A DNA stretch of 36,702 nucleotides from a virus (lineage: Duplodnaviria; Caudoviricetes). This document shows, in pieces, positions 16,125-25,250 of this stretch. The notes beneath the pieces were generated by a model, which had not been told where the DNA came from, did not search any database, and saw only the letters and a program-made list of their open reading frames with translations. The DNA is taken from positions 1 through 36,702 of the IMG/VR virus record IMGVR_UViG_3300005573_000187; one strand, given 5' to 3'. Each line of letters begins with the position of its first letter. Positions within the stretch are counted from its first letter, which is position 1. The translations under genes and the position numbers were made by a program.

Positions 16125-18728
16125 ATGTCTAAAATTATGTCAAGCCCAATTTATTTTTTAAAAAAAGATATTCCTCCACATTTAATGAAATATTTTAAAC
16201 CAGCAAGTTGTGGAAAGTGTTATATTTGCAAACTTTTAAAAATAACTGCCGAATTAAAAAGAGTTTTAAAAAAAACAGGAGTTTTCTTTTTGAATTGGGG
16301 AGATTGTTATGGAAGTTCTCCAGCAGGAAATAAACCTCAAAATGTTGAAGAATGGGGAGAAAAAGGAGATGGTTTGTATAAAAGATTAGGATTAAGACAC
16401 AGACAAGGAAATAGTGAAAACAAGCCAACTCCAAAATCAAAATTAGTTCGTCAAAAGTGTTTAACACTTCAAAATTTTAGAGGAATAATAAGAATGATTG
16501 ATGAAGGAGGCTGGATATTGAGAAACACAATTATTTGGTGTATAATAGAGGATACGAAAATGTTTGTTTTAAGAAACGGAAAATATTTACACATTCCCAT
16601 CAAAAAAGTTAAAGTAGGAGATTTTGTTTTAACTTTAGACAAGAAAGGAGAATTTAGATTAGTAAAAGTTAAAAATATTTTTAATAATGGTTTTGCTCCA
16701 GTTTTAAAAATTACAACTAAATCTGGTAGAGAAGTTGTATGCACAGAAGAACATCAATTTCCAGTTAAGTCATCTTATTATTATGGGAAATATCTTAAAT
16801 TGCGACTGAAAAAAGCAAAAGATTTAACAACTAAAGATTTTCTTTGGATAAATTATCATTTACCAACTATATTACCCGATGGGAACGAAAAGGATTATCA
16901 AAATGGTTATATTATAGGTTTTTATTTAGCAGAAGGTAGCTGGGGTGATAAAAGGAAAATAGGAATTTATAAAGATAATAAGCTATCTTTAGCGGCTCAA
17001 AAGAGATGGGGAAGATTGGAGAAACCTATTTTAAAAGCAAATCTTATTCAATTTTCTTGTGGCAGAAAAGATATTGAAGAAGGAAAAATTCCAGATTTTA
17101 CTGGATATAAAACAAGAATTTATATTTATGGAAATGATGTCCATATTAAAAGTAGAGATAAAAGAATTATTGAATTGATTAAAAAATATATTAAAGGAAA
17201 TAGTTGTGACACTAAATCATTAACACAAGAAGCGTGGAATACAAATTTAAAATTCATTAAAGGAATAATAGATGGATTTTTAGCGGGTGATGGTAGATAT
17301 GACAAAGAAAATAATCGTTGGCGAATAGGAATTAAGCCTAATCAAGAATTAAAAGATGATTTAATGCTTGCCTGTCGTTTGATTGGTTATGAATTTAGAT
17401 ATGAAGGAATAAGAAATAATAACTATGGAACACAGACGATGACTTTTGCTATTAGAAAAGAATTAAAAAGAAAAACCTTTAATTTCTTATATGCTGACCA
17501 AATAGATAAAATTGAAAAAATTGGAGAAAAACAAGTTTATGATATAGAAATTGAAGCAATTTATACAAGTTATTGTGGTAAAGGCAAAAGCGATAAACCT
17601 TCAAAAGAAATAAGAAAAAATAAATGGAATAATCTTTATTTTCTTGCTAATGGAGTTTGGACACACAATTCAAAACCTAATCATATGCCTTCTTCTGTCA
17701 AAGATAGATTTACTAATAGTTATGAGCCAGTTTTTATGCTGGTTAAGAGTAAGAAATACTATTTTGATCTGGATGCGGTGAGGATTCCACTAAAAACTTT
17801 TGAGAATAGACCCTATGGAATAGTTAGAGAAAGAGAATTTGAATATAATACGCTTTATCCAGAAATAAGAAAAAGGCAAAATTCGGCAGCATATAATTGG
17901 AAATTGCGCCGCACTCCAAATGTAATGGAATGGCGAAAGAATGCTTTTAATTATCGTGTCAGAGATGCTGAAAAGAAATCAGAACAATGCCCGCAATTTA
18001 AAGCAACAAAAGAAGAAATTGAGAGATATAAAGAAATTGAATTTTGGCTAAAAAAATTAGATGAAGGAGGAAAGCAGAGAGAAGCAAAAATATGGTTTTT
18101 AAATTGGCTTAAAGAACATCCTACTGGAACTTATGAACAATTTTATGAAGAAATGAAATCTAAAAAAGTAAGCAAATATGCAAATGAAGGATGGTCGCAA
18201 CTTCAAGATTGGGAAAGCCATTTTAAGAATTTTGTAGCTTATTTAGGAATGCCTCATCCTCTCGGCAAAAACCCAGGCGACCTCTGGGAAATCCCAACCC
18301 AACCATCCCCACCAGAAGTTAGAGGTAAACATTTTGCTACTTTTCCTGAAAAATTAGTAAAGCCAATGATTTTGGCGGGATGTCCTGCCCAAGTTTGTAA
18401 AAAATGTGGAAAAGCGAAAGAAAGAATAATAAAAAGACAAGGAACTTATGATTATTCTGAAAGGTCGGATTATGCTAAAGCACAACTACATATGAAAGAG
18501 CCACCCAAAAATTGGAAACCAATAGAACATCAAACTATTGGCTGGACCTCCTGTAATTGTAATGTAGGATTTGAGCCAGGAATAGTTTTAGACCCATTTA
18601 TGGGAAGCGGAACTGTCGCCGTCGTTGCTAAAAAACTTGGTAGAAATTTTATAGGTATTGAATTAAATAAAGAATATGTTAAAATCGCAGAAGAAAGATT
18701 AAAAAAAATACCAAATCCATTATTATGA
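16125..18728 (+). CDS. DNA methyltransferase C-terminal fragment with intein
   Basis: 'ELKRVLK..G.FFLN.GD', 'IIW/KPNHMPSSVKDR', 'HFATFPEKL', SAM-binding 'VLDPFMGSGT', 'GRNFIGIELN'. Confidence 0.9.
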   Translation: MSKIMSSPIYFLKKDIPPHLMKYFKPASCGKCYICKLLKITAELKRVLKKTGVFFLNWGDCYGSSPAGNKPQNVEEWGEKGDGLYKRLGLRHRQGNSENKPTPKSKLVRQKCLTLQNFRGIIRMIDEGGWILRNTIIWCIIEDTKMFVLRNGKYLHIPIKKVKVGDFVLTLDKKGEFRLVKVKNIFNNGFAPVLKITTKSGREVVCTEEHQFPVKSSYYYGKYLKLRLKKAKDLTTKDFLWINYHLPTILPDGNEKDYQNGYIIGFYLAEGSWGDKRKIGIYKDNKLSLAAQKRWGRLEKPILKANLIQFSCGRKDIEEGKIPDFTGYKTRIYIYGNDVHIKSRDKRIIELIKKYIKGNSCDTKSLTQEAWNTNLKFIKGIIDGFLAGDGRYDKENNRWRIGIKPNQELKDDLMLACRLIGYEFRYEGIRNNNYGTQTMTFAIRKELKRKTFNFLYADQIDKIEKIGEKQVYDIEIEAIYTSYCGKGKSDKPSKEIRKNKWNNLYFLANGVWTHNSKPNHMPSSVKDRFTNSYEPVFMLVKSKKYYFDLDAVRIPLKTFENRPYGIVREREFEYNTLYPEIRKRQNSAAYNWKLRRTPNVMEWRKNAFNYRVRDAEKKSEQCPQFKATKEEIERYKEIEFWLKKLDEGGKQREAKIWFLNWLKEHPTGTYEQFYEEMKSKKVSKYANEGWSQLQDWESHFKNFVAYLGMPHPLGKNPGDLWEIPTQPSPPEVRGKHFATFPEKLVKPMILAGCPAQVCKKCGKAKERIIKRQGTYDYSERSDYAKAQLHMKEPPKNWKPIEHQTIGWTSCNCNVGFEPGIVLDPFMGSGTVAVVAKKLGRNFIGIELNKEYVKIAEERLKKIPNPLL
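16539..17669 (+). mobile_element. Intein (377 aa) with LAGLIDADG endonuclease
   Basis: Starts CIIEDT after IIW; block B 'VCTEEHQF'; LAGLIDADG helices IIGFYLAEGS and IIDGFLAGDG; block F VYDIEI; ends ANGVWTHN followed by Ser. Splicing restores IIW-SKPN. Confidence 0.93.
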
Positions 18729-18970
18729 TAAAAATTTTTTGTGATTGTTGTGGAAAAGAAATAAATTCAAATGGAGATTATCAATATTTTTTTGGAATTA
18801 TAGTGGAAAAAAAAATATCAATGTTAGAAAATAAAAAGATTTTTGGAATAGATAAATTGGCCCAAAATTCTCCTGTTACTATTGTTGAGCAATTATTAGG
18901 AAAAGAGATTTATCTTTGCAAAGAATGTTTGGAAAAGTTTAAAGAGATCTTTACAAAAGAAAAAAAGTAG
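18725..18970 (+). CDS. Small Zn-finger protein
   Basis: CDCCG ... LCKEC; ATGA overlap with the MTase stop. Confidence 0.7.
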   Translation: MIKIFCDCCGKEINSNGDYQYFFGIIVEKKISMLENKKIFGIDKLAQNSPVTIVEQLLGKEIYLCKECLEKFKEIFTKEKK

Positions 18971-18989
18971 TTTAAAATTGAAAATGCCG

Positions 18990-19062
18990 TGCCTTTATGG
19001 GAGGGAGTAGTTGTTAGCAATTCTCTTTCTTGGGAGTAGCTTTACTCTCTCCCATAAGGGCA
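18990..19062 (+). other. Long RNA-type stem-loop upstream of the HTH/pPolB genes
   Basis: 18990-19010 pairs with 19042-19062: 21 consecutive pairs, 3 of them G-U on the plus strand. Confidence 0.7.
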
Positions 19063-19084
19063 TTGCAAAATTGTTATCAATTTT

Positions 19085-19903
19085 ATGGCTACTCCCAAGA
19101 AAGAAAAAAAAATAGATAGACCATTAGCAAAATCATTAAGAGATTTAAATCAATTTTTTTCTGCAAAAGAGTTATCAAAAAAATTTAAAATTAAACCTTG
19201 GCAGGTTTATTACTATAAAAAATATTCTAAAAGAAAACCTTTTGATCTTAAAAAAAGAAAAAAGATAATTGAATTTTGGGAATATCTTAAAAAAGCACCT
19301 AAAAGAGAAGATTTAATTTATCAATATCGTGTAATTAAAGGAAGATTAAAACCAAGCCCTTCTGTTTCTTTTGAAATAACAAAAAAAACAATAGATAAAG
19401 TTGGAATAGAAAAATTGACAAAGAAGTTGAAAGTAAGTCCAGAAACAATTAAAAAATGGGCAGAAAGAGGAACTTTATATTCAAAAAAAGAGATAAAGAA
19501 AAAACTTTTTAGAGAATTTGAAAAGCATTATAGACGCTGGGTAGGGTTATTTTTTATTTGCGAATATTTTAAGGAAAGAGGAAAAAAAGAACCAAAGGAA
19601 TATTGTAAAATAATTTACGCAAGACATTTTAATGGTTCAAAAGAAAATTTGATTGATTATGTTGTTTCTCAAAAAACATTTGGAAAAATAGACAGAAATC
19701 AATTAAAAAAATTTTCTTTAATTACTGATATTGGCAAATTTAAAGAAAAACAAGTTGAAAAATTTTTTAGAAAATATTTACCACAAGTAAGCCCAACTAA
19801 ATTAACTTCAAGTTTGAATGAATGTTATGATTTTCTAAAGGAGAACTTTAAAGGAAAAATTCTTGATAGATTAACTAAAATTTTAAAAGAATATGAGAAA
19901 TAA
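19085..19903 (+). CDS. Basic protein with two HTH-like segments
   Basis: 'SAKELSKKFKIKPWQVYYY' and 'GIEKLTKKLKVSPETIKKW'; overlaps the pPolB start. Confidence 0.6.
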   Translation: MATPKKEKKIDRPLAKSLRDLNQFFSAKELSKKFKIKPWQVYYYKKYSKRKPFDLKKRKKIIEFWEYLKKAPKREDLIYQYRVIKGRLKPSPSVSFEITKKTIDKVGIEKLTKKLKVSPETIKKWAERGTLYSKKEIKKKLFREFEKHYRRWVGLFFICEYFKERGKKEPKEYCKIIYARHFNGSKENLIDYVVSQKTFGKIDRNQLKKFSLITDIGKFKEKQVEKFFRKYLPQVSPTKLTSSLNECYDFLKENFKGKILDRLTKILKEYEK

Positions 19904-21386
19904 AATTAAATTCTATATAGGTGATTTAATTTATCAAGGATTTACCAAAAAGTTCATTTTGGGAGAAGTTTATAACGGAAAAAAACTCTGGAAATTTAAA
20001 AGCAAAAATAAATTTTTGAATTTTATTTTAAACATAAATTCCACAATTTTCTTTTATGATTTAGATGACATAATTAGAACTATTTTTGAATGGTGTCAGG
20101 AAAAGAAAATCAAAATTAAAAAAAGTCCATTTTTGAATGGAGATAATAAAATTATAGAATGGCAAATTCAAAATACAATTTTTAGAGATTGTTTTGTTCT
20201 ATTCCAAGATGATTTAAAAAAATTAAAAGAAAGTTTTGAGATAAATTATCAAGGTAAAAGTAAATCAATTTTATTATATAAGATTTTAAAAAAATTTTAT
20301 GATTTTGTTGGTTGGGATTGTTTTGATAAAAAGTCAATCTCTGCCATAGCATTAGAAAAATTTAAAAAATTTGACAAAAGTAATTATGAAAAAATTATTG
20401 AATACCCAATCTATCCAGAAAAATTTGATTTTATTAAAAAGGCATTTTTCCCAGGTTATTATTATACTTTTAAATATAGATTTAAAAGTCAAAATAAAAC
20501 AATTATCAAAATTGACTGTAATTCATTTTATGGATCAATGATGCGAGATAATCTTTTTCCTTGGGGATATTTAATAGAGATTAAAACAAAAAAAGAAATT
20601 ATAGAACATTTAAAAAAAGGAGAATTAGGAATTATTGAGGCGAAAGTAAAAGTTCCCAAAAATTTGCCAATGGGATTTTTGCCTAAAAAAGGAAAGGAAA
20701 GAATTTATTATCCCATTGATAAAACTATTAAAGGTTTTTGGACAACTCCAGAAATAGAAAAAGCAAAAGAATTAGGATATAAGTTTGAATTTAAAAGAGG
20801 AATATTTTGGCCTTTCAAAAGTTATTTATTTAGACGATACATAAAGTATTTGGCAAAAATAAAAGAAAAATCAAAAGGAACAAAAAGAACTATTGCAAAA
20901 TATCTTTTAGTTTCATTTTATGGTAAGTTCGCCCAAAGGAGAGAACTTTCGTTTTTCAAATATGTTGAAAAGCCGATTTTTGGCAAAATGTATTTAGATA
21001 AAAATTTAACTTTAATGGAAGAAAAAAAATATATGAGAGCTCCATTTTCCCATCCAGAAATATCTATTTTTACTACTGCTTATTGTAGAATTTTTATGTG
21101 GGATTTTTGTGAAAAAATTGGTTGGGATAAAATTTATAGCATTATTAATGATTCTTTAATTTTAGAAGTTGATCAAAATAATTTTAAAAAAATTAAAAAT
21201 TTTTTACATCAAGATAAAGTTGGAAAGTTTAAAATAGAAGCTCAAATAAAAGAAGGAATTGTTTTGGCACACGGAGTTTATGCTTTGAAAACGATTGATG
21301 GAAGAGATATAGTAAAATATCAAGGAATTCCAGAAGAATTGAGAAATTTAAAAACATTTGAAGATTTTCAAAGGGTCTTGACATAA
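19893..21386 (+). CDS. Protein-primed-type family B DNA polymerase, degenerate
   Basis: Motif A IDCNSFYG, 'G.WTTPEI..A...GY', motif B K...VSFYGKFAQ, 'IFTTAYCR', motif C YSIINDS, 'GKFK.E', 'KYQGI'. Confidence 0.85.
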   Translation: MRNKIKFYIGDLIYQGFTKKFILGEVYNGKKLWKFKSKNKFLNFILNINSTIFFYDLDDIIRTIFEWCQEKKIKIKKSPFLNGDNKIIEWQIQNTIFRDCFVLFQDDLKKLKESFEINYQGKSKSILLYKILKKFYDFVGWDCFDKKSISAIALEKFKKFDKSNYEKIIEYPIYPEKFDFIKKAFFPGYYYTFKYRFKSQNKTIIKIDCNSFYGSMMRDNLFPWGYLIEIKTKKEIIEHLKKGELGIIEAKVKVPKNLPMGFLPKKGKERIYYPIDKTIKGFWTTPEIEKAKELGYKFEFKRGIFWPFKSYLFRRYIKYLAKIKEKSKGTKRTIAKYLLVSFYGKFAQRRELSFFKYVEKPIFGKMYLDKNLTLMEEKKYMRAPFSHPEISIFTTAYCRIFMWDFCEKIGWDKIYSIINDSLILEVDQNNFKKIKNFLHQDKVGKFKIEAQIKEGIVLAHGVYALKTIDGRDIVKYQGIPEELRNLKTFEDFQRVLT

Positions 21387-21405
21387 TTTTTAAAAAGATT
21401 AAAAT
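21378..21405 (+). promoter_or_regulatory. Sigma70-type promoter
   Basis: TTGACA(21378)-N16-TAAAAT(21400), 11 nt before ATG 21417. Confidence 0.7.
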
Positions 21406-21416
21406 AAAGAAAAGAA

Positions 21417-23552
21417 ATGAATTTAAAAAAGAAAATAAAAAATAAATACAAAATAATAAAAAAATATCCAGAAACTTCAAATTCTAAAACTGGCGAAATT
21501 GTTGATGGTATCGCAATATACCCAGAAGAAATAGAAAAAGTAGCAAAACAAATGGAAGTTCCAGTTCATTATGTAAAAGATGGAGTTCTTTTACACGAAT
21601 ATATTCATAAAGAATATCCAAAATTAAGTCCAAAAAAATTTTCAAAAAAATTTAAAGAATTATTTTTAAAACTTTATCCAGATATCAAAAAAGAATATTT
21701 CAAAAAAATTTTAGATTTTAGCGGACATTTTTCAAAAGCAGATATGGAAATTTATAATAAATATGGAATGGTAAAAGTTGTTAATCCTGAAAATGATAAT
21801 CCAAAAAATCCAAAATTTAAAGAAATTTCTATTGTAGGAAAAGTATTAAAAGAACCAGACCCTACAGAATTTTTAATCAAACAATATGAGGATTATGAAG
21901 GCAATATAACTTTTGATCTTTTTTATAAATATCCTTATCAAAAAAAATTTAAGCTTGCTTTAGAAAATATAAAATCATTTGATTTTTTAAAAGAATTTCT
22001 TTTAAAAAACCATAATAAAAACATAGAAGAAGTTCCTATAATTAAATATGTTTGGGGTAAAAGAGGAACAAGAGGTTTTGGTTGGATAAAAGAAGATAAT
22101 TTAAAAGGTCAAGAAAATAATCTACAAAATCCAAATATGGAAGAAGAAAAATTACCAAAATTTGAAAGTTATTATCAGTTAGAAAGTTATTTGAGAGGCA
22201 AAGGATATGGTCATATTTTAGATGAAATTTATGATTTGGAATTTAAAATAAGACCAGAAGGATGGAAAAGAAAAGATGTTGAAGATATGATACTTGAATG
22301 GTGGAATAGTGATTTAGAAGAATCTTTATTAAAATCTGAAAGAATAGGTTATTTTTTAATGTGGCATTTAAAAAAAGAAATAGTAAAAGAAACTAATCCA
22401 AGTAATCCAGGAAATCCAAAAAGAAAATCATTGAAAAAAGAAGCAATGGAGTGGTTTAGAAATATTGCTTACAATTATAATCACGATATAGATATGGATA
22501 TATTGAGTCAACTAATTGATATGGCGAAAGACCTTGGGTTAGATGTAGATAAAGTTCAGGATAAATGGCAATATTTTTATCCATCAGAAAGTTGGAATAG
22601 AATATCTGCAAAAGAGCTTTATAATTTTTATGAAGATATAATAGAAGAGGCAGAAAATAGACAAAAACTTTACGAAGAAGAAAATCTAATCAATCCAGAA
22701 AATCCAAATATGAATAAAAAAATAGTATATATCAAAAAACCTAATATATTTGAAACTGGTTATAAAATTGTATGGATAGACGAATATGGACATAAGCACT
22801 CCACTTGGGAAGATAGATTGACACTTGAACAATTAAAAAAAGAAGCTCGTCGAGAGGGTTATCAAGTAAGAGTAGTTGATGAAATTCCAGAAAATTTAAA
22901 TAATCCAAACAATCCAAATATGAAAAAAGAAAAATTAATTACTTATGATATTGAATATACTGATGTTTTTGAATCAACTCCCGATACTCCAGTTGCAGTT
23001 CAAATAACAGAAGAAAAAGAAAATGAACTTTATGAAAAATATGGTTATAACTGGTATTTTATAAGCGATGATTTAATTAAATATTTTGATGATGAAGAAG
23101 AAGAATGGAAAATAGCCAAAGTAGTTCCCGATAGAGTAATAACAGCAAAAGAAATGGAAAAAGAAAATCCAAGCAATCCAGAAACAAAAGGAATAAGTTG
23201 GCTTGAAATTTATGATTATTTTCAAGGAGAATATGAAAGAAAAACATTAGATTTAGTAGAATTTAAAAAGAAAGCTCCAAAGGATTTTTATGAAAGGTTT
23301 AAAAAATATTGGGAAGAAGAAACTGGAGAAGATTTAGAAGAGAGAATTAAAACTGAGGACCCACTTTATACAACTTTATACACATTAGACGCATTAAAAG
23401 AAGAATATTTGGAAGTAGCAGAAGAAAGCGGAGTTCCAGAACCATATATTTCTTATTTGGACGCTGAAGCAATGATAGAGGACGATAGAATGTCTGGGTA
23501 TCTTAATTACATAGAATTTGGCGGAGTAAAGGTTTATTATAGGACATATTAA
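21417..23552 (+). CDS. Polyvalent multi-domain protein: N-terminal HExxH peptidase-like domain, NPxNP-linked modules, C-terminal ArdA-like domain
   Basis: 'VLLHEYIH'; six NP-rich linkers; acidic tail 'VPEPYISYLDAEAMIEDDRMSG' resembling the ArdA C-terminus. Confidence 0.6.
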   Translation: MNLKKKIKNKYKIIKKYPETSNSKTGEIVDGIAIYPEEIEKVAKQMEVPVHYVKDGVLLHEYIHKEYPKLSPKKFSKKFKELFLKLYPDIKKEYFKKILDFSGHFSKADMEIYNKYGMVKVVNPENDNPKNPKFKEISIVGKVLKEPDPTEFLIKQYEDYEGNITFDLFYKYPYQKKFKLALENIKSFDFLKEFLLKNHNKNIEEVPIIKYVWGKRGTRGFGWIKEDNLKGQENNLQNPNMEEEKLPKFESYYQLESYLRGKGYGHILDEIYDLEFKIRPEGWKRKDVEDMILEWWNSDLEESLLKSERIGYFLMWHLKKEIVKETNPSNPGNPKRKSLKKEAMEWFRNIAYNYNHDIDMDILSQLIDMAKDLGLDVDKVQDKWQYFYPSESWNRISAKELYNFYEDIIEEAENRQKLYEEENLINPENPNMNKKIVYIKKPNIFETGYKIVWIDEYGHKHSTWEDRLTLEQLKKEARREGYQVRVVDEIPENLNNPNNPNMKKEKLITYDIEYTDVFESTPDTPVAVQITEEKENELYEKYGYNWYFISDDLIKYFDDEEEEWKIAKVVPDRVITAKEMEKENPSNPETKGISWLEIYDYFQGEYERKTLDLVEFKKKAPKDFYERFKKYWEEETGEDLEERIKTEDPLYTTLYTLDALKEEYLEVAEESGVPEPYISYLDAEAMIEDDRMSGYLNYIEFGGVKVYYRTY

Positions 23553-23557
23553 AAATT

Positions 23558-24202
23558 ATGCCAGAAGAGACCAAAAAAACCTCGCCAGTTGTAGCAGAGC
23601 TTAAAAGATTAAAAGAAAAGCTCAATAGTTTAAAATTGGAAAAGAAAGAAAAACCAGAAATTAAAGAAAAAATTGAAGAAAAGATAGAAGAAACAAAAGA
23701 AAAGATTGAAGAAGTTAAAAAAAGAAAAGGTAATTATCAGGGATGGAAAAAATATTGGGAGGAGGTTAGAGTAGGTAAGAGAAAAACCCCCTGGGAAATT
23801 CACAAAGAAAGAATGAAAGAAAAGGAAAAACAAAAAAAAGAAGAAGCAAAGCCAGAAAACAAAACCCTTGATAAAGAGACAGAAAAAATAAAAGAAAAAC
23901 TTGAAAAAATACCAGAGACAGAATTTCTCAAGTCAAAAGAAATAAATAAAGAAGCAAAAGAAGAAAAGTCAAAAGAGGGATTTGATCTAAAAAAGTTTTT
24001 TCAAAAAAATGATACTTGGATTTTGGTTTTAGGAATAGTGATTATAATTTGGGTTGGAATAAAATTTTTAAATGGAAGAGGTTCTTCATCTAATCAATCA
24101 ATTTCTGGAAACAAAAAAGAAAAAGAACCAATAATTGAATGGGAAGAAATTAATATTGCGCCTCCAGGAGCGCCACCAAGGATAATTAGAAGATTAAGAT
24201 AA
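23558..24202 (+). CDS. Charged coiled-coil protein with a single TM helix
   Basis: K/E-rich N-terminus; TM 'WILVLGIVIIIWVGI'. Confidence 0.75.
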   Translation: MPEETKKTSPVVAELKRLKEKLNSLKLEKKEKPEIKEKIEEKIEETKEKIEEVKKRKGNYQGWKKYWEEVRVGKRKTPWEIHKERMKEKEKQKKEEAKPENKTLDKETEKIKEKLEKIPETEFLKSKEINKEAKEEKSKEGFDLKKFFQKNDTWILVLGIVIIIWVGIKFLNGRGSSSNQSISGNKKEKEPIIEWEEINIAPPGAPPRIIRRLR

Positions 24203-24375
24203 TGATAAAATATTTTCACAAAGCCCCAATTGGACGATTAAAAGGAAAACCTGCTTATTGCATAATAAGCCATCGCACAGGTAAAGTTCTCTCGTGTTAT
24301 AAGACAAAAAGGTCGGCAAAAAAGGCTTTAAAAAGAATGAATTATTTTAAATATGCCAAGAAAAAGAAAAAATAA
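24202..24375 (+). CDS. Small basic protein (57 aa)
   Basis: Not in the ORF track. MIKYFHKAPIGRLKGKPAYCIISHRTGKVLSCYKTKRSAKKALKRMNYFKYAKKKKK; TAATG overlap with the upstream gene. Confidence 0.65.
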   Translation: MIKYFHKAPIGRLKGKPAYCIISHRTGKVLSCYKTKRSAKKALKRMNYFKYAKKKKK

Positions 24376-24898
24376 AAAACAAAAAGAAGAAACGGAGGAA
24401 GAAGTAGAAAAAAAAGTAGCTCAAATTGGAGAGTTTGTTGTTCCTAAAGAGGAAGTGCCAAAGGAAATTCCATTAGAAGCAGAAGAAATTCCAGAAGATA
24501 AGAAATCATCAGAAGAATCTTCATCTCCAAAAGAAATAAGTTCAGAAGAATTAAAAGAAAAATTAATTTCTTTGCTTTCAGAGGCATTTTCAAGAGGATT
24601 GTCGGAAGAAGAAAAAAAGAAATTTGTGGATAATTTTAAATTTTGGAACGAATTGCTTTTTAATTTTTTAGATATCGGAGATAATTTAGGATCTGTTTTG
24701 GAAAAGGCAAAAGTTCAATTAACTCCAGGAAAGGCAATAGCCATTTATGCTATTGGCACGGGTGCTTTGTTGTTTGCTTTAAGGCCAAATTTATTGAAAA
24801 AAAATGGCAAAAAAGAGAAACCAGAAGAACAAAAACCATCAGAAACTCCTCCTTCTCCAAAAGAGGAAAAGGTTGAAGAAAATCTAGAAAGTAAATAA
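24353..24898 (+). CDS. Acidic protein with one TM helix (virion-membrane / packaging-pore candidate)
   Basis: TM 'AIAIYAIGTGALLFALRP'; lies shortly upstream of the packaging ATPase. Confidence 0.65.
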   Translation: MPRKRKNKKQKEETEEEVEKKVAQIGEFVVPKEEVPKEIPLEAEEIPEDKKSSEESSSPKEISSEELKEKLISLLSEAFSRGLSEEEKKKFVDNFKFWNELLFNFLDIGDNLGSVLEKAKVQLTPGKAIAIYAIGTGALLFALRPNLLKKNGKKEKPEEQKPSETPPSPKEEKVEENLESK

Positions 24899-24913
24899 TT
24901 AAAGTAAATAATT

Positions 24914-25099
24914 ATGACTTTTGATTCTTTAAATCTATTCAAAAAGATTTTTGGTGAGAAATTAATTGATGAATTTAAGATTGAATTAGAAAAAATTAAA
25001 AGAAGTTGGATTTTTCATTTAGATGAAAATGAAAAATCACACAAAGAAATTTTAACAAAATTAGATGAAATCTCAAAAAAACTTGAAAAAAGAAAATAA
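24914..25099 (+). CDS. Small hypothetical protein
   Basis: 61-aa helical ORF in the operon. Confidence 0.55.
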   Translation: MTFDSLNLFKKIFGEKLIDEFKIELEKIKRSWIFHLDENEKSHKEILTKLDEISKKLEKRK

Positions 25100-25250
25100 A
25101 ATAGAAGAAATTGATTGGAACGAGTTAGAAATGATTGATAGAGATAAGGAAAATTTTGAAATTGGAGTTTATACAGGATTTATTATTGTTTTGCTCGCTC
25201 TTATTTTTGCTTATTCTCTTTGTTTAATTTTGTTATCAGAAATAAAATGA
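25065..25250 (+). CDS. Small membrane protein
   Basis: C-terminal TM helix; ATGA overlap with the ATPase start. Confidence 0.55.
   Translation: MKSQKNLKKENKIEEIDWNELEMIDRDKENFEIGVYTGFIIVLLALIFAYSLCLILLSEIK

Noticed and set aside
15606-16125. Stop-codon reassignment explaining the split MTase
   Set aside because: The gap contains TAA stops, and genes elsewhere are intact and end in TAA, TAG and TGA under code 11.
15521-16132. 203-aa plus-strand ORF bridging the two MTase halves
   Set aside because: Antisense shadow of the HNH gene, F/S-rich, in a different frame from both halves; joining would need two frameshifts.
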